64,000 bases of DNA from Escherichia phage FL04. Under the pieces are notes generated by a model. It worked only from the letters and a program-made list of their open reading frames with translations. It was not told the DNA's origin and did no database searches. Positions 51,238-60,027 of the stretch are shown here, in pieces; the first letter of the stretch is position 1; every line of letters begins with the position of its first letter. The DNA lies in the sequence record PP358550; one strand, written 5' to 3'. Position numbers and translations under genes: made by a program.

Positions 51238-51440
51238 TGTTTACCGATAAACTCAAGCAATTAGGCGAAGCACTTGCTAAACGTGGTTTTAGTGTTGATA
51301 TTGAACCAGCGCCAGTTATGCCGTTTAGCGATGAACGTCGCAGTGTATATGTCATCATGAGAAATAATCATGGTGTGAATACATTCAATGTAAAACAGTA
51401 TAGCGACGGATCAGTAGAATACTTTCGCGTATACGGTTAA
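51237..51440 (+). CDS. hypothetical protein (67 aa)
   Basis: Start overlaps pseT stop (TAATG). Confidence 0.5.
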   Translation: MFTDKLKQLGEALAKRGFSVDIEPAPVMPFSDERRSVYVIMRNNHGVNTFNVKQYSDGSVEYFRVYG

Positions 51441-51461
51441 TTACTATGTGAGGATTATATT

Positions 51462-51968
51462 ATGTTGTCACAAACTTACATGCAGATCGCCTATCTAATC
51501 GCAAAGAACTCTAAATGCGTTTCGTGGAAGGTAGGCGCACTGATCGAAAAAGACGGGCGAATCATTTCTACTGGATTTAACGGAACTCCAGCAGGGCAAG
51601 TAAATTGTAGCTGTCATGCACATAAAAACGGTTGGCTGGATGATGACGGCAAAATGATCCCAGAAAAACGACCAGAGCATAGTGCATGGTCACAGAAAAA
51701 CGAGATCCATGCTGAATTAAATGCTATTTTGTTTGCTGCCCGTAGCGGTGTATCGATTGAAGGCGCTAGTATGTGGTGTACTGCTTCACCGTGTCCAGAT
51801 TGCGCTAAAGCAATTGCAAACAGTGGTATTAAACATCTATACTATTGCGACACATATGATCGAAATGGTGGGCGTGATTGGGCTGATATTCTGAATAATG
51901 CAGATATTACAATCACGCGTATTCCAAAAGCATTATTGACTGATTTGAAGGGTATTGATAATGACTGA
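51462..51968 (+). CDS. cd: deoxycytidylate (dCMP) deaminase
   Basis: 168 aa; zinc-binding HAELNAI and SPCPDCAK motifs. Confidence 0.88.
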   Translation: MLSQTYMQIAYLIAKNSKCVSWKVGALIEKDGRIISTGFNGTPAGQVNCSCHAHKNGWLDDDGKMIPEKRPEHSAWSQKNEIHAELNAILFAARSGVSIEGASMWCTASPCPDCAKAIANSGIKHLYYCDTYDRNGGRDWADILNNADITITRIPKALLTDLKGIDND

Positions 51969-52275
51969 ACAAGTTGATAATATCGCACTTCGTGAAGCAC
52001 TAAAGAAAATGTTTTCGGTCGGTACTCACTCTTTGCAGTTTACTAAGAAAGATGGTACTGTCCGTGAGATGATCGCCACGCGAGATCCGGCACTGATGCC
52101 GTTTGAAACATACGAAAAGTGGTTAGTTCCGAATGTTGAAAAACCGCGTAAAGAATCAGAAACATCTTTGCCAGTATATGAAATTGCAGTTGAAGGTTTC
52201 CGTAGTTTTGGGCTTGATAGTCTGATTAATGTAGACGGGCTGACTCCAGCGCAGATCGTCGAAATTTATAAATAA
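51961..52275 (+). CDS. hypothetical protein (104 aa)
   Basis: ATG 51961 overlapping cd stop. Confidence 0.5.
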   Translation: MTEQVDNIALREALKKMFSVGTHSLQFTKKDGTVREMIATRDPALMPFETYEKWLVPNVEKPRKESETSLPVYEIAVEGFRSFGLDSLINVDGLTPAQIVEIYK

Positions 52276-52316
52276 TTCATCATTAAACTGTATTGATTTG
52301 AAGAGGTAATAAAATT

Positions 52317-52640
52317 ATGACCGTTAAAACTCCTAAAGCACTTGGTGACTATGTGATCATTGAAGCTAAAGCAGAAAGCGCAGGGACAGAAGTAAAAAGC
52401 TCTATGGGGATCATTATTGAGCAAAAGCGCACTATGGGCGAGATTCCGCTGGTAGGTAAGATTATTGATATCGGTGAAACGGTAGATAAAGAATTGCTGG
52501 GTAAAACTGTTTTACTGCCACATGGCAAGATGAATAAAGTTCCTCATCCAGACGTTATTAACGGCGTTAAGAAGGAAGAAGAGATCGACCTGAAATGGAC
52601 TGTAACACACAAACAGAATATTGTGGTAGTTTACGGTTAA
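52317..52640 (+). CDS. 31: co-chaperonin gp31 (GroES-like)
   Basis: 107 aa; GroES-like pattern (GDYVIIEAKAES..., IIDIGETVDKELLGKTVLLP, NKVPHPDVINGV); T4 synteny (cd-31). Confidence 0.75.
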   Translation: MTVKTPKALGDYVIIEAKAESAGTEVKSSMGIIIEQKRTMGEIPLVGKIIDIGETVDKELLGKTVLLPHGKMNKVPHPDVINGVKKEEEIDLKWTVTHKQNIVVVYG

Positions 52641-52651
52641 TGATTTTAAAC

Positions 52652-52678
52652 GGCGGGAAATAATCCCGCCTATATTTT
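52652..52678 (+). terminator. rho-independent terminator
   Basis: GGCGGGA-AATAA-TCCCGCC hairpin followed by TATATTTTGG. Confidence 0.55.
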
Positions 52679-52723
52679 GGCTATATGATTTTGTAAGTTA
52701 TTGATTATTAAGGAAATTTTATT

Positions 52724-52888
52724 ATGAAAACTATGAATGTAAACATCCACGAAATCCATACCGAAGTATTCACCGAAGAAGACCAGTTTGGTGTATGGGT
52801 AAATCCTCATTCGATTACTATCGATATTCCTAATGACGATTATGATCCGTTCTCTCTGATTAGCGAGATTAGTTTCAATGACTTCTGA
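52724..52888 (+). CDS. hypothetical small acidic protein (54 aa)
   Basis: AAGGAAATTTTATTATG; not in track. Confidence 0.4.
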   Translation: MKTMNVNIHEIHTEVFTEEDQFGVWVNPHSITIDIPNDDYDPFSLISEISFNDF

Positions 52889-53357
52889 AATTGATATCTA
52901 TGCGGGTGGACCTTATCCATCGGGTGAATTGAGTAATTTCAATAAAAGACCATTCCGTTTATTTGGCTGCGATATTAACAGCACAGAAGGATTTTTACAG
53001 GGGCTAAGATTTAAGAACCCTCAGAGACAAAGAGAAATCTTTTTGATGCACGGTGGCAAAGCAAAAAGAACCGGAAGAACTGAAAAGATTGAGAATCACA
53101 TGTTATATTTTCAGGGTCGCCCGATTCATCGAATGAGTGAGCATTATTACAGACTGGTACATCTGGCATTTGTTACGATGGCACGGAATAACCCAGAATT
53201 TTGTAAAGCATTACTTGCTACCGGAAATAAGAAATTACGTCATAGCATAGGTGGAACTGATCCGTTAAAGACTATATTGACTGAATCGGAATTTTGTAGT
53301 ATCCTCAATGATATTCGTGAACGTTTAACAAAACGAGGTGAAAATGTCAATTCTTAA
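52878..53357 (+). CDS. NADAR-family (YbiA/DUF1768-like) protein
   Basis: 159 aa; GELSNFNKRPFRLFGCDINSTEGFLQGLRF and CKALLATGNKKLRHSIGGTDPL align with NADAR signature blocks. Confidence 0.65.
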   Translation: MTSEIDIYAGGPYPSGELSNFNKRPFRLFGCDINSTEGFLQGLRFKNPQRQREIFLMHGGKAKRTGRTEKIENHMLYFQGRPIHRMSEHYYRLVHLAFVTMARNNPEFCKALLATGNKKLRHSIGGTDPLKTILTESEFCSILNDIRERLTKRGENVNS

Positions 53358-54840
53358 TATCATTAATCAGCTTGCAGCAACAGACAAAACATCGCTGAAA
53401 GAAAAGATTCTGAAAGAATCCGCGAGCAATGAAACGCTGAAAGAATGCTTTTATCTGGCATATTGCAAACAGGTTACGTTTGGCGTAAAGAAATACGATA
53501 AACCGTCTCGCTATTCGTCTGTATTGTCTTTATCCGGTGCATTACAGGTCTTTAAAAATAAACTTGCCACGCGTCAAGTAACTGGTAATGCAGCATTACA
53601 GCTAGTTACCGATACTCTGACTTGCTTGTCAGAGGATGATGCTAAAGTTGCAATGATGGTCCTGAATCGTGATCTGGAATGCGGCTGTTCCGCTACCACT
53701 GCAAACAAGGTATGGAAGAAACTGATCCCCCAGCAACCGTGCCACCTTGCATCGTCATGTTCTGATAAGACTATTGCTAATATCAAGTATCCGGCGTATG
53801 CACAACTTAAAAGCGATGGCGCTCGTGGTATGGCTGATATTGACGGGGAAACATTAGCAATCTATACCCGCTCAGGTAATACCTATCAAGGGCTTGATGA
53901 TTTGTTTGCGGTTTTAGAGCGTCTACGAGGCCGTGGAATTGTTCTAGATGGCGAATTGGTATATATGCCTACCCTTTCGCAAACACCAGCGCAGAACTTC
54001 GTTGAAAGCGTTTATGATGGTACTCTGTCATGGATATTTGAAGAAGAGGAAATGCCATTAACGCCAGTAGCGGAAGCAGTGAAAGAATCCGTTGTTGCAG
54101 ATCGTCAGACCGGAAATGGTATCCTCAACAAATCACTTAAAGGAACTATTCCAAAAGAAGAAGCCCAATGTATTGTTTACACTGTCTGGGATGTTATCGA
54201 CCGTGATGTGTATTACGGAAACGAGAAAGCAACGAAGAAATATAAAGATCGATTCGAAGAACTAAAACAGATTGTTGAAGAACTTAACGATCCTCGTGTT
54301 CAGATCATAGAAAACACTGTAGTTAACAATATCGATGAAGCTCGCGAAGTATATCATCGTTATGTCAACATGGGCTTAGAAGGTATTATCCTTAAAAATT
54401 TACATGGTGTATTTGAAGATCGCCGTAGTAAAGATCAGGTTAAATTTAAAGAAGTGATTGACTTCGACGCGGAAATTGTTGATGTATATCCGCATAGTAA
54501 AGACCCCAATAAGGTAGGCGGTTTTACTGTCCGTAGTGCGTGCGGACGAATGATGACTAACACCGGATCGGGATTAACCGACACTACAACCGAAAAAGGT
54601 GATGATGGTACTGAACGTGTAATTCCGTTCGATCGTCGAAATGAACTCGACCGAGAAATGTTATGGGCTGACCGTCATAACCTGATTGGAAAAGTCATTG
54701 AGATGACATGCAACGGGTACATTCGCAGCAAATCACGTAAAGAAGATGAACCGGAGTTCTCTTTATTTCTCCCAATCATCAAACGTATTCGCTACGACAA
54801 GACCACTGCAAATACAGTAAAAGAGGTATTCGATGTGTGA
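53338..54840 (+). CDS. 30: ATP-dependent DNA ligase gp30
   Basis: 500 aa; adenylation motif I lysine in AQLKSDGARG, downstream nucleotidyltransferase motifs; N-terminus similar to T4 ligase. Confidence 0.92.
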   Translation: MKMSILNIINQLAATDKTSLKEKILKESASNETLKECFYLAYCKQVTFGVKKYDKPSRYSSVLSLSGALQVFKNKLATRQVTGNAALQLVTDTLTCLSEDDAKVAMMVLNRDLECGCSATTANKVWKKLIPQQPCHLASSCSDKTIANIKYPAYAQLKSDGARGMADIDGETLAIYTRSGNTYQGLDDLFAVLERLRGRGIVLDGELVYMPTLSQTPAQNFVESVYDGTLSWIFEEEEMPLTPVAEAVKESVVADRQTGNGILNKSLKGTIPKEEAQCIVYTVWDVIDRDVYYGNEKATKKYKDRFEELKQIVEELNDPRVQIIENTVVNNIDEAREVYHRYVNMGLEGIILKNLHGVFEDRRSKDQVKFKEVIDFDAEIVDVYPHSKDPNKVGGFTVRSACGRMMTNTGSGLTDTTTEKGDDGTERVIPFDRRNELDREMLWADRHNLIGKVIEMTCNGYIRSKSRKEDEPEFSLFLPIIKRIRYDKTTANTVKEVFDV

Positions 54841-55309
54841 TAATGAAGGGGCGAAAGCCCCTAAACCTAAAAAATTGTCAAAGAAAGAGCAACGCCAGAT
54901 CCTGAAAATGAAATATGGTGGACGTTGTGCCTATTGTGGTGAGGAATTAGGGGATCGCTGGCACGCAGACCACATCAAACCAGTATTGCGACGCTCAAAG
55001 GTAGTCTATGATGAAAATGGACGAATTGTCCGTAATGATGATGGATCGTGGAAGTATAAGGTTGTAGGAATGCATAAACCGGAGCATGATATACTTGATA
55101 ACATGAATCCGGCATGTGTGCAATGCAATCTTTATAAAAGCTGCATGGGCTTAGAATCCTGGCGTAAGTGTATACGCGAGAACTTCCAGAAGTACATTCA
55201 GCGCAATATGGGATTGCGAGCGGCTAAACGCTTTGGCTTGCTGTCAATCCACGACCAGCCAGTAGAATTTTATTTCGAAAAGTACGATCGCGAGCATCAA
55301 GAAAAATAA
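54833..55309 (+). CDS. HNH endonuclease
   Basis: 158 aa; CAYCGEEL...WHADHIKP...NMNPACVQCN HNH motif; start overlaps ligase stop. Confidence 0.7.
   Translation: MCDNEGAKAPKPKKLSKKEQRQILKMKYGGRCAYCGEELGDRWHADHIKPVLRRSKVVYDENGRIVRNDDGSWKYKVVGMHKPEHDILDNMNPACVQCNLYKSCMGLESWRKCIRENFQKYIQRNMGLRAAKRFGLLSIHDQPVEFYFEKYDREHQEK
54848..54861 (+). other. GC hairpin GGGGC-GAAA-GCCCC within the first codons of the HNH gene
   Basis: Same core as hairpins at 30017 and 42099. Confidence 0.45.
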
Positions 55310-55321
55310 TTCAAAAAGTTG

Positions 55322-55350
55322 TTGACAGGGGATCACGTATCCCCTATACT
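55322..55350 (+). promoter_or_regulatory. PeSL-type early promoter with palindromic spacer
   Basis: TTGACA-GGGGATCACGTATCCCC-TATACT. Confidence 0.65.
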
Positions 55351-55395
55351 ACACACATCAAAACGAAACACACTTTCTTAAACGGAGAATCAAAA

Positions 55396-55707
55396 ATGAA
55401 ATACATCGTAACGCTGCCAATGATTGACTTCGACGGAACCATGAACACTCAGAAGACCATGAGCGCGGAGAACCAACTGAAAAACGCTATCCTGATTCGT
55501 GAAGTTCGCAAGGCACTGGCAAAAGAATTTAACACCAAAATTCATTCTGTAACTGGCGAACGTTTCGCGGATCATCTTGATATCAATATCAAACCAGTGC
55601 GCAACGGTGTTATCTCTGTAACAACCAACCGCCCACATGCTGACGCTGATAATCTGACCGCTCGCGCAGAAGATGTAATTATGACCGTTATCATGGAAAA
55701 ACTTTAA
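55396..55707 (+). CDS. hypothetical protein (103 aa)
   Basis: ACGGAGAATCAAAAATG. Confidence 0.6.
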   Translation: MKYIVTLPMIDFDGTMNTQKTMSAENQLKNAILIREVRKALAKEFNTKIHSVTGERFADHLDINIKPVRNGVISVTTNRPHADADNLTARAEDVIMTVIMEKL

Positions 55708-55715
55708 AAAAGTTG

Positions 55716-55745
55716 TTGACAGGGGAGGTTAAACTCCCCTATAAT
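55716..55745 (+). promoter_or_regulatory. PeSL-type early promoter with palindromic spacer
   Basis: TTGACA-GGGGAGGTTAAACTCCCC-TATAAT. Confidence 0.65.
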
Positions 55746-55779
55746 ACACACATACCGAAACGAACTAGGAGAATCAATT

Positions 55780-55959
55780 ATGAACTTCAACGAAATCATC
55801 GCTAAAATCCGCTACAACGAAGAAACCATTGAACTGATGCAAAACAATATCACCAATGGCTATATGATTGCAGCGTCACAAGAAATCATTGATTTGACAG
55901 TAGCAGAAAATGCTCAGTTGAAACATCAACTTTCAACGGCTGGCGTAATTGTTATGTAA
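55780..55959 (+). CDS. hypothetical small protein (59 aa)
   Basis: AGGAGAATCAATTATG; not in track. Confidence 0.45.
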   Translation: MNFNEIIAKIRYNEETIELMQNNITNGYMIAASQEIIDLTVAENAQLKHQLSTAGVIVM

Positions 55960-55976
55960 TAAAGAGAGGTGACTAA

Positions 55977-56297
55977 ATGGCAAAAGTTCAGGTAGGCGAG
56001 GTCTTCAAAATGGAAGACCACACCGTGGAAGATATGAAAGGCGCAGTATTGAAAGTAATTAATTCAATGTGGCGTAGTGTGCTTTACATCAACTTTATCG
56101 ACGGTGATGTGTGGTGGGCTAGCGATAGCGTTAAATGGGATGAGGAAGGTAGTCTGATTATCAAGTTCTACAAAGGTCATACTCACTGGTTAGGATCAGA
56201 GGATGTTGTAGAAGTTCTGGCGGTTGATGTTATGCCAGGAGAGATAGAGAATCTTAGCGGAACAGCAAAAGAAGCATTGACACGCCATTTTGCGTAA
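55977..56297 (+). CDS. hypothetical protein (106 aa)
   Basis: AGAGAGGTGACTAAATG. Confidence 0.55.
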   Translation: MAKVQVGEVFKMEDHTVEDMKGAVLKVINSMWRSVLYINFIDGDVWWASDSVKWDEEGSLIIKFYKGHTHWLGSEDVVEVLAVDVMPGEIENLSGTAKEALTRHFA

Positions 56298-56353
56298 TGT
56301 AGTATAACAATAATCGGGAGGGTAATACTCTCCCACAAATTGAGGATAATATT

Positions 56354-56872
56354 ATGTGTGGTCTTAAAATGGTTGCTGAATACAAGCGGTCTGGTAATGT
56401 TATGATGTATCGACGCAATACCAACGAAGACTGGAAACCTTCCAAACGAATTAAATCCATCCAGACGTTTATGAATAACATAAAAGAAAACCTTTTCGTT
56501 AAGCGTGCTCTGGTGTTGGACATTGGGAAGTTTACGAAGCTGTATAATTTTGAGGAAAATACTATGGAACATACTAATTTGTTTGTAGCCGAACCTTTCG
56601 TTGAAGGCAATAAAAATCTTGCTAAAACAATCATTTTGTATTCGGATTGGATCTTTTATATCGATGGGAATTTAGACGTATATTGTCGCACAACTCCAAA
56701 TGATTCGTTTTATATCGAAGAAAACGACACTCATAATCATTGGTATGATGGAAACGACAAAACAGAACTAGCTGTTGTCCTAGCGTCAGACGTAGAACCT
56801 GAAAACGCGGACAAAGTAGCAGACAAATTTATGACGTACGCATATCAAGATAAAGATGAAGATGAAGAATAA
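56354..56872 (+). CDS. hypothetical protein (172 aa)
   Basis: TGAGGATAATATTATG. Confidence 0.55.
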   Translation: MCGLKMVAEYKRSGNVMMYRRNTNEDWKPSKRIKSIQTFMNNIKENLFVKRALVLDIGKFTKLYNFEENTMEHTNLFVAEPFVEGNKNLAKTIILYSDWIFYIDGNLDVYCRTTPNDSFYIEENDTHNHWYDGNDKTELAVVLASDVEPENADKVADKFMTYAYQDKDEDEE

Positions 56873-56879
56873 AAAGTTG

Positions 56880-56909
56880 TTGACAGGGGATCGGGAGATC
56901 CCCTATAAT
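56880..56909 (+). promoter_or_regulatory. PeSL-type early promoter with palindromic spacer
   Basis: TTGACA-GGGGATCGGGAGATCCCC-TATAAT. Confidence 0.65.
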
Positions 56910-56942
56910 ACACACATACCGAAACGAAATAGGAGAATCAAA

Positions 56943-57110
56943 ATGTTCGAGACTAAAGCAGCATGTGAAGCATATATCATTGAAACCCACGGCGAAGATT
57001 ATCTGAAATTTGACATTGTAGTAGCACAGAAGATTGTAGGGATGGTTGCGAAATACCTCGGAGTTAAAGAAGGTTACTATCCTAGCAACGCACCAGAAAT
57101 TAACAAATAA
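56943..57110 (+). CDS. hypothetical small protein (55 aa)
   Basis: AGGAGAATCAAAATG. Confidence 0.5.
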   Translation: MFETKAACEAYIIETHGEDYLKFDIVVAQKIVGMVAKYLGVKEGYYPSNAPEINK

Positions 57111-57124
57111 TTTTATAAAAAGTG

Positions 57125-57153
57125 TTGACAGGGGAGGATAACTCCCCTACAAT
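57125..57153 (+). promoter_or_regulatory. PeSL-type early promoter with palindromic spacer
   Basis: TTGACA-GGGGAGGATAACTCCCC-TACAAT; heads a six-gene operon. Confidence 0.65.
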
Positions 57154-57193
57154 ACAACCATCAAGACTAGATACCACTTAGGAGAATCAAACA

Positions 57194-57445
57194 ATGGCTA
57201 ACATCGAAACCGCAAAGAAAATCGCTAAAGACCTGAACGTTAAAGGCTTCCGTAAACTGAAATTACAGCGTGTACGCTACACCATCGGCAAACAGTGCTC
57301 TTTCATGAGCGAAGAAGTTGCTAACAGCCTCATTGATAACCTGATTGCGGCTGGCTGGGAAGTTGCGGATCTGAAAACTTGCCGCGAACTGGCTAACAAA
57401 GGTCTTTTAGATTCTGTTACTATCAAACCAATGGGGGCAGCGTGA
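57194..57445 (+). CDS. hypothetical protein (83 aa)
   Basis: First 16 nt of the ORF (ATGGCTAACATCGAAA) identical to ORF at 59748. Confidence 0.6.
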   Translation: MANIETAKKIAKDLNVKGFRKLKLQRVRYTIGKQCSFMSEEVANSLIDNLIAAGWEVADLKTCRELANKGLLDSVTIKPMGAA

Positions 57446-57687
57446 AAAGAAAATTAATTAAACGCAATAAGGAATTTCTTAATAACTGCATTAAGGCCGC
57501 TAATGGTTGGCCTTTGTGCCTCTTCCTTTATGATTGGTATTCTAAACAATCGGCTGAGGAAGCACGACACTATAAGAAGATCAGAAAAGAATCATATACA
57601 AAACAAGGCCGCATTAATGGACTTTACTTAATGTGGCACGGCAAAGAACCTTCTAAAATCTGTGTTGGATTAAAGGGGCGTATATGA
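57442..57687 (+). CDS. hypothetical protein (81 aa, GTG start)
   Basis: GTG overlapping upstream stop; stop overlaps next ATG. Confidence 0.5.
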   Translation: MKRKLIKRNKEFLNNCIKAANGWPLCLFLYDWYSKQSAEEARHYKKIRKESYTKQGRINGLYLMWHGKEPSKICVGLKGRI

Positions 57688-58400
57688 AACAAAAATTAAT
57701 ATTCTGTAACTTTGACGGATCGGGGATAATGGGGCTAGAATGGGCTAAAGCAGGTCATAAGGTAGTCTGCTTTAATGCGGATGACGCCGACCACGGTACA
57801 TACAAAAAGTATAATACCAGATTTGAACACCCAAACATTACCTATGTAAACACATGGATTGATTTGAACTGGCTAGAAAGAGCAATGGACCTTGAATGGG
57901 GGAAACCGGATATTATCTTTGCATTCCCACCGTGCACCAATTTAGCTGTTAGTGGCGCTGCACACTTTGAACGAAAGAAACGAGAACAAGGACCATTGAT
58001 TCAAGTTCATGATGTAAGGGCAGCTAAAATAACCGCTTATTTGGGTGAATGGCTAGGAGTTCCCTACATGATAGAGAATCCTGTAAGCGTTATCTCTAGC
58101 ATGTGGCGTAAGCCTGATTACATGTTCCACCCGTGGGAATATGGCGGTTATTTGCCGGAAGATGATAAACATCCTACTTTTCCTGAGTATATCGCCGCCC
58201 GTGATATGTACCCGAAAAAGACTTGCTTATGGACCGGACAAGGCTTTATAATGCCAGAAAAGAAACCGTTGCAGATTAATAAAGGGTACAGTAAACAGCA
58301 TTCTAAGCTAGGCGGGAAAGGAACGAAAACAAAGACTATCAGGTCACTTACCCCGCGAGGATTCGCAAAGGCAGTATTTGAAGCAAATAAGGATCTATGA
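57684..58400 (+). CDS. C5-cytosine methyltransferase-like protein (minimal catalytic core, no obvious target-recognition domain)
   Basis: 238 aa; motif I-like FCNFDGSGIMGLEWAKAGHKVVCFNADD, motif IV-like IIFAFPPCTNLAVSGAA (Pro-Cys), motif VI-like YMIENPVS; no recognisable motif VIII/TRD. Confidence 0.6.
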   Translation: MKQKLIFCNFDGSGIMGLEWAKAGHKVVCFNADDADHGTYKKYNTRFEHPNITYVNTWIDLNWLERAMDLEWGKPDIIFAFPPCTNLAVSGAAHFERKKREQGPLIQVHDVRAAKITAYLGEWLGVPYMIENPVSVISSMWRKPDYMFHPWEYGGYLPEDDKHPTFPEYIAARDMYPKKTCLWTGQGFIMPEKKPLQINKGYSKQHSKLGGKGTKTKTIRSLTPRGFAKAVFEANKDL

Positions 58401-58735
58401 TGAGATTGTTTAAGTATTCGCTAACGTCAAATTACGATAAACAAGGTCATTGCATCCGTTGCCCTGATTGTCATAGCCATAACATCGAAAGCAAGATCAC
58501 CGATCATATTGATGGACTTTGGTCGCCAGCAAGTGAAATAGAATACTATTGCGCTGATTGTGGAATTGTAGTAGCATATTGGGCATACGGATCATATGAT
58601 CCATACTTCCAGATGGGAGAACGTTCAATCCCTGCGCTTATCTGGAGAATTAAGAACAATATCCGCTATTCATGGGATGAGTTCTTAAAAGATATTGATT
58701 TACGTGATGATCCATTCAGGAGAACTATATTATGA
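58397..58735 (+). CDS. zinc-ribbon protein (112 aa)
   Basis: CIRCPDCHSH ... CADCG; start overlaps upstream stop (ATGA). Confidence 0.55.
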   Translation: MMRLFKYSLTSNYDKQGHCIRCPDCHSHNIESKITDHIDGLWSPASEIEYYCADCGIVVAYWAYGSYDPYFQMGERSIPALIWRIKNNIRYSWDEFLKDIDLRDDPFRRTIL

Positions 58736-58910
58736 TAACACCACAACTACACGGTAAAGAGATTTGCGATCTTACTTGGGAAGAGTTGGTCATGTATCGC
58801 GACACCTACAAATGGTTTGAATCCATGAAAGAATTTGTAGCAGCAGTACGAGAAGAAATGAGCATTCGCCAGTATGCGGACGCATATATTGAAAAGGTAA
58901 GCACACTATG
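58731..58910 (+). CDS. hypothetical small protein (59 aa)
   Basis: Overlapping start/stop with neighbours; not in track. Confidence 0.4.
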
Positions 58911-59426
58911 AACCGTTTAACGCCTAAACGCCGTTACTATACCAATACTAAAAACTTTGTCATCTCTGTTTATGAGGCGTGGTTAGAAGATGGCTTTATC
59001 AACATGAACCCAGATTATCAGCGTCCTTTGGTATGGGACACCGAAAACAAACGTATGTTTATCGAAAACCTGATTAATGATTTTCCGGTTGGTGCTATCG
59101 CAATGGCTAAGATTGATGATGGCTCTCGCTATGAGATCGAAATCGTGGACGGTAAACAGCGTTTAAACGCAATATTCTCCTTCATGAAGGATGAGTTTAG
59201 CATTGCTGGTAATGATGATTCTATGTTGTATTACAGTGATTTTACGCCAGCAGAAAAGCGACGTTTCCGAAATCTCGGACTACCCGCGATCATGATGGAA
59301 GAGAGCACACGAGAAGACCGATTAGAGTATTTCTACAAAACAAACTTTTTCGGTGTGCCTCAATCGGAAGAACATCGCCAGCATGTGATTGCCCTATTGC
59401 AAGATGAGCAATTAAAAAATAACTAA
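58908..59426 (+). CDS. stand-alone DUF262 / ParB-like (GmrS N-terminal type) domain protein
   Basis: 172 aa; DYQRPLVW and VDGKQRLNAIF (DGQQR-like) motifs; start overlaps upstream stop. Confidence 0.6.
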   Translation: MNRLTPKRRYYTNTKNFVISVYEAWLEDGFINMNPDYQRPLVWDTENKRMFIENLINDFPVGAIAMAKIDDGSRYEIEIVDGKQRLNAIFSFMKDEFSIAGNDDSMLYYSDFTPAEKRRFRNLGLPAIMMEESTREDRLEYFYKTNFFGVPQSEEHRQHVIALLQDEQLKNN

Positions 59427-59433
59427 AAAGTTG

Positions 59434-59462
59434 TTGACAGGGGATCATCGATCCCCTATAAT
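59434..59462 (+). promoter_or_regulatory. PeSL-type early promoter with palindromic spacer
   Basis: TTGACA-GGGGATCATCGATCCCC-TATAAT. Confidence 0.65.
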
Positions 59463-59496
59463 ACACACATACCGAAACGAACTAGGAGAATCAAAC

Positions 59497-59676
59497 ATGA
59501 AACACTTAACCATCGAATCGGCAATCATCGCAATCGCTAAAGTTCAAGCGGCTTATAATTGCACTGACATTGAAGCCATTTCAAAAATGCAAGCAGAAGC
59601 AGCAAAAGCGGGTGACGAGAAATCTTTAGATGTTCTCTGCGAAATCAAAGCAGAATTGATTTCAAAAATGTTCTAA
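59497..59676 (+). CDS. hypothetical small protein (59 aa)
   Basis: AGGAGAATCAAACATG. Confidence 0.5.
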   Translation: MKHLTIESAIIAIAKVQAAYNCTDIEAISKMQAEAAKAGDEKSLDVLCEIKAELISKMF

Positions 59677-59682
59677 AAGTTG

Positions 59683-59717
59683 TTGACATAACAGAGGGTG
59701 TATATCATAATACACCC
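59683..59717 (+). promoter_or_regulatory. PeSL-type early promoter (hairpin GGGTGTA/TACACCC around -10)
   Basis: TTGACA-17-CATAAT. Confidence 0.65.
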
Positions 59718-59747
59718 ATACCGAAACGAACTACTAAGGAGTATCAA

Positions 59748-59960
59748 ATGGCTAACATCGAAATCATCATTACCGACGTAACTTATGACCGCATTAACGA
59801 AATCGGTACTGCATTACTGGAAGATGGAACAACTCGTACCATCAACTACGCAGAATACGTTGAAATGCGCGGTTGTATTAAACGAGTAGGAAAATATATC
59901 CTGATTGAAAAAGACTATTCAGGATACACCTTAGAGCAATTGCTCGATGGTGCATTATAA
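59748..59960 (+). CDS. hypothetical protein (70 aa)
   Basis: Starts MANIE like ORF 57194; followed by terminator. Confidence 0.6.
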   Translation: MANIEIIITDVTYDRINEIGTALLEDGTTRTINYAEYVEMRGCIKRVGKYILIEKDYSGYTLEQLLDGAL

Positions 59961-59965
59961 TAAAT

Positions 59966-59987
59966 GGGGGCGTTAAGCCCCTTTTTC
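59966..59987 (+). terminator. rho-independent terminator
   Basis: GGGGC-GTTAA-GCCCC hairpin plus TTTTT. Confidence 0.7.
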
Positions 59988-60027
59988 ATAAATATAGGTT
60001 TATAGGTTATCAACTAGAGGATATAAA

